The position numbers were made by a program, and so were the translations under genes. Positions 8,675 through 17,042 of a DNA stretch of 64,000 nucleotides are shown piece after piece (the stretch's first letter is position 1; every line of letters starts with the position of its first letter). The notes below the pieces were generated by a model that saw only the letters and a list, made by a program, of their open reading frames with translations, made no database searches and was not told the DNA's origin. The stretch lies in the NCBI GenBank assembly GCA_021295785.1, contig JAGWBR010000006.1, positions 17,229-81,228 on the forward strand, given 5' to 3'. Origin of the DNA: Gemmatimonadota bacterium (GTDB lineage: Bacteria > Gemmatimonadota > Gemmatimonadetes > Palauibacterales > Palauibacteraceae).

Positions 8675-9651
8675 CGGAACGACCTCAGGCCCAGTCCTAT
8701 GGTCGCCATCAGCCGCGCCCCCATCTCCGGACCCGTAGTCCGGATTCCGTCCAGGGCATCGCCCTTCATGTCGAGATTGGCGAGGGGCGTGGCCACCTGG
8801 GTCTGGATCCCCAGTCCTTCGCCCATTGCCCTGACCAGCCCCGGGGCCGCGGCACCACCTCCGCACAGGAAGACCGCGCCGATCCCGTCCGCGAGGTCTT
8901 CTTCCCGGACAAATCGCACTGCCCGGCCGGCAGCCTCAAGCAGTCGGGCAATTCGGCCCTTCAAGTCCGAGCCCGGTGCTTCCGCCTCGTCCGGTCCAAT
9001 CCGGATGTCGTCGGTACCGACCGCGACGCATCGCGCCAACACCGGCACCCCGGAGGCCAGAACCACGATCTCCGACTCCGACCGGCCAACGTCGATCAGG
9101 GCCGAAATACCGCGGACGGCACCAGGCCGGGAGTACACCAGCGCGTTCCTCAACGCCAGCGCCTCCACATCAATCGCGGCGACGGGAAAGCCGGTGGTCT
9201 GGGCCAACTCCAGTCGGTATTGGATTACGCGACGACGAGCAGCCACGATCAGCACATCCATGGTCCCGGTCTTCACGTCTCTTTCGAGGACCTGGGCATC
9301 GATTACAACATCGTCCATTTCGAACGGGATGTGTTGCTCGGCTTCCCACGGGAGCACGTCCTTGAGGTCGCGGTCGCCGGCATCTTCGATCTCGATTCGC
9401 TTCACCACGACGTCCCTGCCCCGCACGGCCGCCACGACCAACGTGTCCATACGCCGCGCGTGTTCCACGAGCCCTTCCAATGCACGTGCAATTCCGTCCT
9501 GCCAACGCCCGTTTTCGCAGGCGGCTTCGCCTGCCGCCAGCAGGCACGGGCGGCCGCTCGAATGTTCGATCAGGCTGGCCTTCACCGACCCCGTCCCGAT
9601 GTCGAGGCCCAGCGTTGCTCTGGGCCGCCGTTTCCCGGCCATCCAAATCAA
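8671..9651 (-). CDS. pilM: Type IV pilus assembly ATPase-fold protein PilM
   Basis: 326 aa with an actin-like fold. The phosphate-1 motif is LGLDIGTGSVKASLIE and the later motif is VFLCGGGAAAPGL. First gene of the pilMNOPQ order. Confidence 0.9.
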   Translation of the reverse strand: MIWMAGKRRPRATLGLDIGTGSVKASLIEHSSGRPCLLAAGEAACENGRWQDGIARALEGLVEHARRMDTLVVAAVRGRDVVVKRIEIEDAGDRDLKDVLPWEAEQHIPFEMDDVVIDAQVLERDVKTGTMDVLIVAARRRVIQYRLELAQTTGFPVAAIDVEALALRNALVYSRPGAVRGISALIDVGRSESEIVVLASGVPVLARCVAVGTDDIRIGPDEAEAPGSDLKGRIARLLEAAGRAVRFVREEDLADGIGAVFLCGGGAAAPGLVRAMGEGLGIQTQVATPLANLDMKGDALDGIRTTGPEMGARLMATIGLGLRSFR

Positions 9652-9653
9652 GG

Positions 9654-10490
9654 TTAGCCTCGGTATTCGAGCAGCCGGACCTCACGAACCACTTCCCGGT
9701 CGGCAGCTCCGCCGCCGGACTGCATTTGTCCGCGCAGGCGAACCGCGGACACGCGGGAAGAGGACGAATCCGGCACGCTGGTTTGCCAAATCGAATCAGC
9801 CACCAAGTACTCGAAGACAGCTCCCGGACCGAAGGTCACACCGTACTGTTGTCCGTTGCGCCTGAGCTCGCGGGCACCTCCGTCGCCTGCGGCCAGCGTG
9901 TAGGTCAGGGTTCCGTACACGCGAATCAGGCCCCCGGGTGCCGGGGGCCGGGCGAAAACCCCGTTCAGATCAGGTGTCTGCCGGTAGCCCGATCCCGAGC
10001 CGACTGCCCCCGCAGCCAAGCACTCCGCCTTTGCGGCGGAGGTGGCCCTGAGGGTCGGGTCGGTTCCCTCGGAGTAGGTGTACTCCGTTCCGTACGGGGG
10101 CAGGTATGCCGCGCCGCGCCCCCGCGAGGGCAGGTTGGGCGAGACCGCGCTGTAAACGAGGAGCGCCAGATCCCCGTCCGAGAGAGTACCGCATACCACC
10201 GCCCGTTCGATGTCGTACCTCACTGACAGGGTGTCGGCCAGAGTGGCGCGCAGGTCCCCGGGCGATATCTCGGCAAGCTCCGAGGCCATTCCGCCGGTCA
10301 CGGCCCGGGCAGCTGCCGCCAAGTCACTCAATTCGCTCATTCTTGTGTGGAACCGGGCCTGGTACACGACCAGCCCGGCCAGCGAGACACACAACAGGCT
10401 CGCGCCGGCGATTACCATCATCGCTTCCGCCAACACGAATCCGGCACATCGCGGGGCCACCTCCCCTGGCACAACTCGATGGCCGCTCAA
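9654..10490 (-). CDS. Minor (pseudo)pilin, PilW-like, with prepilin-type N-terminus
   Basis: 278 aa. Leader ...PRCAG then FVLAEAMMVIAGASLLCVSLAGLVVY (G/F-x-L-x-E class III signal). The TTG start overlaps the upstream TGA (10487-10490). Sits in the minor pilin row. Confidence 0.6.
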   Translation of the reverse strand: MSGHRVVPGEVAPRCAGFVLAEAMMVIAGASLLCVSLAGLVVYQARFHTRMSELSDLAAAARAVTGGMASELAEISPGDLRATLADTLSVRYDIERAVVCGTLSDGDLALLVYSAVSPNLPSRGRGAAYLPPYGTEYTYSEGTDPTLRATSAAKAECLAAGAVGSGSGYRQTPDLNGVFARPPAPGGLIRVYGTLTYTLAAGDGGARELRRNGQQYGVTFGPGAVFEYLVADSIWQTSVPDSSSSRVSAVRLRGQMQSGGGAADREVVREVRLLEYRG

Positions 10491-10882
10491 GGGGCCGGGG
10501 GCATCGCACGGCGCGCGACCAGCCGGGTCGCATGGATCAGCGTATCGGTCCCGTTAACAACCTTCACCGTTAGACCCTGCAAGTCCTCACCCAGGTCCAA
10601 CGCTTCGGTCGTTACGGTGTATGCCGCGCCATTCACCATCCGGGACGTGGTCCCGTTCACGGTGCCCGCCGGCGACCGGCGCACCTCCGCTGCTGCGTCC
10701 GCTGCCGCCAGGGTCATTTCGGCGTCGGCCCGGCCCAGACTGATCTGTCGGGCAACTGCCCCGGCGACGCCGGCCACGGCCAGCGCACCGACCGAGGCCA
10801 CAACCACCGCCAGCAGGAGTTCGACAAGCCCGAACCCCTCTTGACGTGGCGGCGGCACCGGCACTGTCCGCGGTCCCGTCAT
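10487..10882 (-). CDS. Minor pilin, PilV-like, prepilin-type N-terminus
   Basis: 131 aa. ...RQEG|FGLVELLLAVVVASVGALAVAGV. ATGA overlap with the upstream gene (10879-10882). Confidence 0.65.
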   Translation of the reverse strand: MTGPRTVPVPPPRQEGFGLVELLLAVVVASVGALAVAGVAGAVARQISLGRADAEMTLAAADAAAEVRRSPAGTVNGTTSRMVNGAAYTVTTEALDLGEDLQGLTVKVVNGTDTLIHATRLVARRAMPPAP

Positions 10883-11319
10883 CTGGAGACCTTTTCGCGT
10901 CTCACGCGCCCCAGAAAATTCGAGATCAACCGGATTCCCCGTTCATCGCGGTACAAGTACAGACTTCCCGCGGCGCCGTGTCCGCGGGCGTTGAACCGGA
11001 GGGTGGCCGGGCGGAGCGCGACAGAATCGGCACCACCCATGGCCACCTCGGCCAGATCCGTTCTGGCCACCAGAAAACCGTCCACTTTGCGGCGAGTCTC
11101 GACGATTGTCCCCGACACCGTCACATCCAGGCGCTCTCTGGCTGAGAGCGCACGCAGCCGGGCAGCCCTGAGGTGCGATTCGGCGACCGCTGCCGCCCTG
11201 GTCAGCCTGAGCCCCTCCAACCCGCCCCAGGCAGTGACCGCCGCCGCCGCCGCCAGAGCCGTTACCGCCATGGCCAGAACCACCTCAACGACCGTGAAAC
11301 CGCCGCACGCTTGGTTCAT
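10879..11319 (-). CDS. Minor pilin, FimT/GspH-like, prepilin-type N-terminus
   Basis: Start chosen at ATG 11319, giving MNQACGG|FTVVEVVLAMAVTALAAAAAV (7-aa leader). ATG 11379 is the alternative. The C-terminus ...LRFNARGHGAAGSLYLY... resembles the GspH/FimT pattern. The N-terminal 99 codons of ORF 10879..11616 are rejected. Confidence 0.65.
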   Translation of the reverse strand: MNQACGGFTVVEVVLAMAVTALAAAAAVTAWGGLEGLRLTRAAAVAESHLRAARLRALSARERLDVTVSGTIVETRRKVDGFLVARTDLAEVAMGGADSVALRPATLRFNARGHGAAGSLYLYRDERGIRLISNFLGRVRREKVSR

Positions 11320-11396
11320 CCCGTTTCGTTTTCGCTCCCTGCGTAATGGCCAAGCCCGCTCGGGGCGCGTCCGTGCCATGACTATGGAGCGTGCGA

Positions 11397-13823
11397 TCAA
11401 GGGCGTATCAAAAAGGCAATTCCCGCCGCGAGAAACGAGAGAGAAACCCAGAGCCCCGCGGTGAAGCTCGCTGGCTGGTAGCGGAAGACCACGTCGGTCT
11501 CGCCGGCCTCTACTTGGACCGCGCGAAAAAAGCGGTTGGCCGTATGGATCGGCCGCACCGCGCCGTCCACGCGAGCTTTCCACCCGGGATAGGACGAGTC
11601 GGTCAGTACCACCCACCCCGGCTGCCCACTGGTGACGATCCGAACCCGCCCGGGGTGGTTTTCCACAATTCTGGCACCCGGGAAACCGTCTTTCCGCGCG
11701 CTCTCGACATCGGTTTCCGACCGGGGCCTCGGCCGGTGTCGCGGCCGGGCCGCGAGGACGACCGCCGTGGCCGGATCAAAATCGGGACTCAGCAACAGGT
11801 CCACCGCCTCAACCTCGTCCGTGGCTATCACTGCGCGAGGAACCACGTATGCGCGGGGGAGCGGGCTGCGCAGTTCATACACCACGCCGGGGAGTCCGCG
11901 CACCAGGGAAACCGAATCCGCAGCCGCGAATGTCGGGATGGCGGGGCGCGCCAACAGGTAGCGAACGCTGTGGAGGCGAAGAAGCCGCCAGCGCCGTCGC
12001 CAGTCAAGGATCCGGAGCAGCTGCCGCGCGTCTTCGGCCCGCGACAGACGCAGCGCATCCCAGGCGTCCTGCTGCTGAATTCCGTGCAAAAGCCCGGTAT
12101 TGGGAGCGGCTGTTTCTCGCCACGCCAACTTCTGGAGATGCACGGGGAGGCCGGGGGTCGCACCAATCGCCCTGCGTCGGTCGTCAAATGGACTGCTCCG
12201 CCACCGGTAGTCGACGCGAGTCTGGTCCAGTCGCGCGGGCCCCAAGACCGCCGGCGCTTTGGTGAAGAACTCAAGGGGCGCCACGGGAGCCAGGCCGCGG
12301 TGGCTGGCGGCGAGGTCGGCAACGGTGATGAGACAGATCAAGACTCCCGCCTTCCGCGGGGAGACCAGGCCGCGCCGGGCGAAGTGCACTACGGTACTCG
12401 CAAGACCGGCGACTGCGGCCGCCGCGGCCAAGGCACCCTGCCATGCCCGCAGCACGTACTGCGGGTCATCGGCCATGCGCGGGTTGCCCCAGTGGTCCGC
12501 CAGCTTCGCCACCCACGCCGCGCTCCCCTCCAAACCGAGGGCCGCGGCCACCAGCACTACCGGCCAGCAGACCAGCCACGGGAACCCGCCCCGGCGCGGC
12601 CGCCCCAGCGCCGCCTCTGTTGCGATAGTTGTGACGGCCGACGCTGCCAGGGCCGTCAGTAGGAAATACTTTTCCGGGAATCGAAACACGCTGAGCCAGG
12701 GCACCGCCTGAAGCAAAAAGGGGAACACCGGCCCGTGACGGCCGGCGGCCAGCACCAGACCCACGAAGCCGATCCCGGTCCAGAACAGGTATTCCCGCCT
12801 TCGGGTGCTCCCGGGGCTCCCGAGTCCGAGCACCAGCCAGAGTGGGAACGCCCCACCCAGGTAGAGAGAAAACAACCACGGTTCGGTCTGCCCGATCATG
12901 GCGCGGACTCCGAACGAAAACTCGGGGTCTCGAAAGCTCGGGGGCACGGCCAGATGAACGAGGCGGACCGGCTCCAGCGAGAACGCCATCACCTCGCCGG
13001 GAGCCAACCCGCCCTGTCGCGAGGAGTTGGCAACCAGCTCGGCCGTCGGAAGCAGTTGCACCGCGCAGAGTCCCAGCGTCCACACACCGGCGAGCGCCAG
13101 GCAGGCAACGGAACGCCAACCGAATCCCGCCCCTCTTGCCCGGACTGCCCTCCGTTCCAAAAAAAGGATCACGGCGGCGGCCAAGGCCCCGGTCAGCACA
13201 GCTATCTGGATCTCGCCGGCCAGGACGCACATCGTCGATGTGGCCACCAGCGCCGCACATTTGTTCGTCGACGGGCGGTGCCACGCCTCCACGGCGGCCC
13301 AGACTACCCAGGGCGTCCATGCCGAAGCCTGGAGGGCGCCCAGGAGGTTGAGGAGAGAGGCCATGTACCCGCCCAACATCCAGACGGCGGCGCCCGAAAA
13401 GGCGGCGGCGGAAGTAGCCGCGTTTTCGGGCGGAGCCTGGACCGGGCCAAGCCCCCGTCGCGACCGGCGGATGCGGGTCCTCTGGTTCAGCAGAGCCAGC
13501 GCCCCGCATCCGCCGGTCGCCAAGTGAAAGACGATCAACCAGTTGAACGCCGCGTCGAACGGCAGCACGGCAAACAACCAGTGAGGCGGATAGAACACGC
13601 CCGACTGCAGGTTCGCCAGCAGCGGCGCGCCCGTGCCAATCAGGGGCGACCACAACGGGATTTCGCCGGCACGGAGGGCCTCCGCGAGGAGTGCCCTCAT
13701 CGGAACGAAGAACATCTGCATGTCGCGGGCGACCGGGAGGCCGACCAGAGTCGTCATCTCCCAGAACGTGCCGGCCGCTATGGCTGTAAGCGCCGTCGCC
13801 AGCCAGAGGCTGCGACGCCTCAA
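11397..13823 (-). CDS. YfhO-family polytopic membrane protein (GT-C-type glycosyltransferase fold)
   Basis: 808 aa with many TM segments. N-terminus: VARDMQMFFVPMRALLAEALRAGEIPLWSPLIGTGAPLLANLQSGVFYPPHW. C-terminus: LTDSSYPGWKARVDGAVRPIHTANRFFRAVQVEAGETDVVFRYQPASFTAGLWVS. Both ends fit the YfhO family pattern. Begins 13 nt downstream of pilA. Confidence 0.8.
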   Translation of the reverse strand: MRRRSLWLATALTAIAAGTFWEMTTLVGLPVARDMQMFFVPMRALLAEALRAGEIPLWSPLIGTGAPLLANLQSGVFYPPHWLFAVLPFDAAFNWLIVFHLATGGCGALALLNQRTRIRRSRRGLGPVQAPPENAATSAAAFSGAAVWMLGGYMASLLNLLGALQASAWTPWVVWAAVEAWHRPSTNKCAALVATSTMCVLAGEIQIAVLTGALAAAVILFLERRAVRARGAGFGWRSVACLALAGVWTLGLCAVQLLPTAELVANSSRQGGLAPGEVMAFSLEPVRLVHLAVPPSFRDPEFSFGVRAMIGQTEPWLFSLYLGGAFPLWLVLGLGSPGSTRRREYLFWTGIGFVGLVLAAGRHGPVFPFLLQAVPWLSVFRFPEKYFLLTALAASAVTTIATEAALGRPRRGGFPWLVCWPVVLVAAALGLEGSAAWVAKLADHWGNPRMADDPQYVLRAWQGALAAAAAVAGLASTVVHFARRGLVSPRKAGVLICLITVADLAASHRGLAPVAPLEFFTKAPAVLGPARLDQTRVDYRWRSSPFDDRRRAIGATPGLPVHLQKLAWRETAAPNTGLLHGIQQQDAWDALRLSRAEDARQLLRILDWRRRWRLLRLHSVRYLLARPAIPTFAAADSVSLVRGLPGVVYELRSPLPRAYVVPRAVIATDEVEAVDLLLSPDFDPATAVVLAARPRHRPRPRSETDVESARKDGFPGARIVENHPGRVRIVTSGQPGWVVLTDSSYPGWKARVDGAVRPIHTANRFFRAVQVEAGETDVVFRYQPASFTAGLWVSLSFLAAGIAFLIRP

Positions 13824-13836
13824 CTTTAACTGCCGG

Positions 13837-14265
13837 TCAACAATCGGTCGCTTCTAGGACATGCCCCACGCTCCCTTCCGCCTCCTCGGGCGAGGTGTTG
13901 ACACACCAGGTGTTTGCGGAACTGGCGTGTTTGGCCGTGATCAGGTACCCGTCGTCATACTTGGTCGCCTGAAGCGCAACGTTGGCGCTGGCCTGGAAAT
14001 CGAGAATCCCGTCGCCGTCGAGGTCTGCGTTGTCTCCCGCCGACACCGTCTGATCTGCATACGCCAGATTGGCGGCGTAATACACCTCCTGCGCGGTCAT
14101 CAGATTGCGCAGGTCGCTTTTGGCCGAAGCGTCGTAGGCCTGCTCTTTGGTGCTGGTGAACTGGGGTATTGCGATCGCGGCCAGTATCCCGACAATGACC
14201 ACGACCGTGAGAAGTTCGATCAGGGTAAACCCGCTGTCGGGTGCCTTCCCTTTTATTCTTGACAT
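13837..14265 (-). CDS. pilA: Major type IVa pilin PilA
   Basis: ATG 14265 is preceded by GGGAG (complement of 14274-14278). MSRIKGKAPDSG|FTLIELLTVVVIVGILAAIAIPQF. The C-terminal disulfide loop is C-VNTSPEEAEGSVGHVLEATD-C. GC looks locally lower. Confidence 0.92.
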   Translation of the reverse strand: MSRIKGKAPDSGFTLIELLTVVVIVGILAAIAIPQFTSTKEQAYDASAKSDLRNLMTAQEVYYAANLAYADQTVSAGDNADLDGDGILDFQASANVALQATKYDDGYLITAKHASSANTWCVNTSPEEAEGSVGHVLEATDC

Positions 14266-14341
14266 TGGTTGTTCTCCCTGGTCCGTGTTATGGGCTTGAT
14301 CCACCCACCAACACATTGGCCCGAGCGGTCAACCAGCTATC

Positions 14342-14396
14342 AAAAAAAGGCCGGCGGGACCCCCCTCCAGGCACCGGGCAGTCCGACCCGGCCGGC
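14342..14396 (-). terminator. Rho-independent terminator after the pilBTC-hyp transcription unit, upstream of pilA
   Basis: On the minus strand GCCGGCCGGG...CCCGCCGGC forms a GC-rich stem (9 bp with one bulge, enclosing an inner CCGGG/CCCGG hairpin). It is followed directly by T7 (A-run 14342-14348 on the plus strand). It lies 9 nt after the TGA at 14405-14407. Confidence 0.6.
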
Positions 14397-14404
14397 GTGG
14401 CACA

Positions 14405-14830
14405 TCACCAATCGGGGGGTTCGTCGAATCCCGTGGCCGACACCAACAGGCCGCTGCGGGTCTGAGCCGTCAGCGAGCAGTCGCTCTCCCCCGCACCGCG
14501 GGGGCTGGGCAGCAGAAATCGAAGCATCTCCGGTCCGCCGGCCTGCCCGGTGCCGGCATGGGGCACGGGCTGCAACCCGAGCTTGCGGAGGACGCGCTCC
14601 GCCGGCCCGGCCGGGGGGTCCAGATGAATCGTCCAAGACCGAACTTGTGCGCCGCCCAGGCGGACCCGCACCTCCCACCGCCGCGCATCCCCACCGCCTG
14701 CGAAACGCGCCCAGGTCTCCGCACCAGCGGAGGTGCGGGCCACCGGATCCCCCAGGCGCGCGACTGCCTCCTCCAGGGTTGCCCCGATGAGCCCGCCGAG
14801 GTTGGGCAGATCGCCGGCGGACCGGGTCAC
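14405..14830 (-). CDS. Hypothetical 141-aa protein translationally coupled to pilC
   Basis: GTG 14830-14828 overlaps the pilC TGA (GTGA). VTRSAGDLPNLGGLIGATLEEAVARLGDPVARTSAGAETWARFAGGGDARRWEVRVRLGG...GFDEPPDW. This is the last 141 codons of the otherwise spurious ORF 14405..15886. No family recognised. Confidence 0.55.
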   Translation of the reverse strand: MTRSAGDLPNLGGLIGATLEEAVARLGDPVARTSAGAETWARFAGGGDARRWEVRVRLGGAQVRSWTIHLDPPAGPAERVLRKLGLQPVPHAGTGQAGGPEMLRFLLPSPRGAGESDCSLTAQTRSGLLVSATGFDEPPDW

Positions 14831-15912
14831 TGGACGTGCGTGGCGATGGTGAGGATCGGCAGGTACATGGCGATAATCATCCCGCCCACAACGCCGCCAA
14901 AGCCCAACACCATCGCCGGTTCCAGCAGCTTGAGGCTGGAATCCACTGCCGCACTGACCTCCATGTCGTAGGCGTCGGCCACCGATTCCAGCATCTCGGG
15001 GAGCCCGCCGGTTTCTTCGCCGACTGCGATCATCTGGGTGGCCATGAGCGGGAACACGCCCGACTCCCGGAGCGGAGCGGCAATCGACTTGCCCGCCGCA
15101 ATCTCTGCCCGGCTGTCGAAGACGGCATCGCTCACTGCCCGGTTGTCCGCCGTGCGGGCTGCCAGTTCCATGCCGTCCAAGATAGGCACGCCGGAAGTCA
15201 GCATGGCCGACAGGGTCCGCGAGAACCGGGCCACCGCGGCCCTTCTCAAGATCCTCCCCGCTACCGGAAGCGTCAGGAGAATCCGATCGATGCGGAGCCG
15301 GCCGCTGCGCGTGGCCGCCCACTGGCGGAGGCCGACCCCGGCGAGCAGCGGCAAGGACAGTATCGCCCACCAGTAGCGGGCCAGACGGTCGGAGGCACCC
15401 ATGAGAAGGCGCGTCGGAAGCGGGAGCGGGGCACCCAGGCTGTCGAAAACCTCCTTGAAGGCGGGTGTCACGAAAGCGAGCAGAACGACGGCCGACAGGA
15501 CGGCCACAACCAGGATCACGGCCGGGTAGAGCATCGCTCCGATCAACTTGGTTCTGGCCTCGTCCATCCGGCCCAGTATCATCGAGAGCCGGAACAGAAC
15601 CGATTCCAGGGTACCGCCTGCCTCGCCCGCCGCCACCATGTTTATGTAGAGGGGGTTGAATGTTGCCGGCCACCGAGCCATGGCCTCCGCCAGACCATTT
15701 CCCGACTCCACCTCTCGCAGGGTCGCGGAAACCGCTTTCGAGAGGCGTGGACTCGTTTCTTGCTGGGCCAGGACTGCGAGTGACTGGTCCATTGGCAGGC
15801 CGGCCTTTGTCATCACCGCCAGCTGTTTGGTGAACGATACCAACTGCCGCGGCGGGGGCGGTCGCTGCACCGCGCCGGCGAACCAATCCCCAATCGACCG
15901 GGCCGCGGTCAC
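14827..15912 (-). CDS. pilC: Type IV pilus platform protein PilC (GspF family)
   Basis: Two GspF repeats (FTKQLAVMTKAGLPMDQSL... and FSRTLSAMLTSGVPILDGM...). Start moved to GTG 15912-15910, which overlaps the pilT TGA (GTGA). Confidence 0.9.
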   Translation of the reverse strand: MTAARSIGDWFAGAVQRPPPPRQLVSFTKQLAVMTKAGLPMDQSLAVLAQQETSPRLSKAVSATLREVESGNGLAEAMARWPATFNPLYINMVAAGEAGGTLESVLFRLSMILGRMDEARTKLIGAMLYPAVILVVAVLSAVVLLAFVTPAFKEVFDSLGAPLPLPTRLLMGASDRLARYWWAILSLPLLAGVGLRQWAATRSGRLRIDRILLTLPVAGRILRRAAVARFSRTLSAMLTSGVPILDGMELAARTADNRAVSDAVFDSRAEIAAGKSIAAPLRESGVFPLMATQMIAVGEETGGLPEMLESVADAYDMEVSAAVDSSLKLLEPAMVLGFGGVVGGMIIAMYLPILTIATHVQ

Positions 15913-17042
15913 CCCCCGGCCTGCCGGGCCAATTCGACCTTCCGCTTGAGGCCGGCTGGATTCGGGCTGACCGACAGGCAGGTGTCCGGCGTCACCTCTC
16001 CCGCCATACACAGCCACGCCAGCGAGTCATTCAGACTCTGCATTCCGTGGCGTTTCCCGGCCTGGATGGAAGACCCGATCTGGTGCCCCCGGTCTTCCCG
16101 GATCAGAGCCCTTACCGCGGCGGTGACCCGCAGGATCTCGCACGCGGCCACTCTTCCCCGGCCCGACGCACGCGGCAACAGCGTTTGCGACACGACCCCC
16201 TCAAGGACCGACGCCGTCTGGGCCCGAACTCGGTCGCGCTCTCCGGCGGGGAAAGCGTCGATGAGCCGGCTGACCGATTCACTGGCGGAACCGGTGTGCA
16301 GTGTGGTCAGCACCAAATGCCCCGTCTCGGCTGCGGTGAGGGCGGCCTGGATGGTGTCGGGGTCTCTCGCCTCTCCCACCATGATCACATCCGGATCCTG
16401 CCTGAGCGCCGATCGCAGCGCGGAGGCGAAGCCGGCGGTATCACGCCCGACTTCGCGCTGCCGCACGAGACAGCGACGGGATTCGTAAACGAACTCGACC
16501 GGGTCCTCGATTGTCAGGACGTGGGCGTCACGTTCGCTGTTGATCAGTCCGATCATCCCCGCCAGCGTGGTCGATTTTCCGCTGCCGGTCGCGCCGGTGA
16601 CCAGCACGAGCCCCCGACCCAGCAGGGCCAGATCGCGCACTGCCCCGGGCAGGCCGAGATCCGAAAGGGACGGGGGGACGGGTGGAACCCTGCGGATCGC
16701 CGCGGCAGTTTCGCCTCCGCACCGGAACACGTTGAATCGATACCGGGGCGCGGCCGAATCCGCGGTGCCAGATCCCGGCGGGCCGTTCGACCGCGCTGCC
16801 GGGGACCAGGCGAAATCGGCCTCACCAGATCCCGACAGCTCCTCGGCGGCACCCGGAGGCAAGACCGACCTGACCATGGCCGCCACGCCTTCGGGCGGAA
16901 TGGCTTCGCCCTTCGCCCGCAGGGTTCCGTCAACTCGCACCCGCATGACACGGCCCGGAGACAGGTGAAGGTCGGACGCCCCGCACGCTTCCATCACGGC
17001 AAGGGCCGCCCGCATTTCCTCCGCCGCGACCGGGGCGGTCAA
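15909..17042 (-). CDS. pilT: Twitching-motility retraction ATPase PilT family
   Basis: 377 aa. Walker A LVLVTGATGSGKSTTLAGMIGLIN, then HVLTIEDPVEF, and ...LVLTTLHTGSASESVSRLID. The TTG start overlaps the pilB TGA. Confidence 0.9.
   Translation of the reverse strand: MTAPVAAEEMRAALAVMEACGASDLHLSPGRVMRVRVDGTLRAKGEAIPPEGVAAMVRSVLPPGAAEELSGSGEADFAWSPAARSNGPPGSGTADSAAPRYRFNVFRCGGETAAAIRRVPPVPPSLSDLGLPGAVRDLALLGRGLVLVTGATGSGKSTTLAGMIGLINSERDAHVLTIEDPVEFVYESRRCLVRQREVGRDTAGFASALRSALRQDPDVIMVGEARDPDTIQAALTAAETGHLVLTTLHTGSASESVSRLIDAFPAGERDRVRAQTASVLEGVVSQTLLPRASGRGRVAACEILRVTAAVRALIREDRGHQIGSSIQAGKRHGMQSLNDSLAWLCMAGEVTPDTCLSVSPNPAGLKRKVELARQAGG

Noticed and set aside
14266-14341. A sigma-54 (GG-N10-GC) promoter upstream of pilA, as seen in many pilin genes.
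   Set aside because: I scanned the 76-nt leader on the minus strand. No TGGCAC-N5-TTGC-like element with correct spacing is present. TTGACC occurs, but there is no convincing -10 element. No promoter call can be supported.
14831-15886. The upstream 352 codons of the 493-aa ORF 14405..15886.
   Set aside because: This part is an alternate frame of pilC and reads as low-complexity Arg/Gly/Pro. Only the last 141 codons, starting at the GTGA junction with pilC, lie outside another gene.
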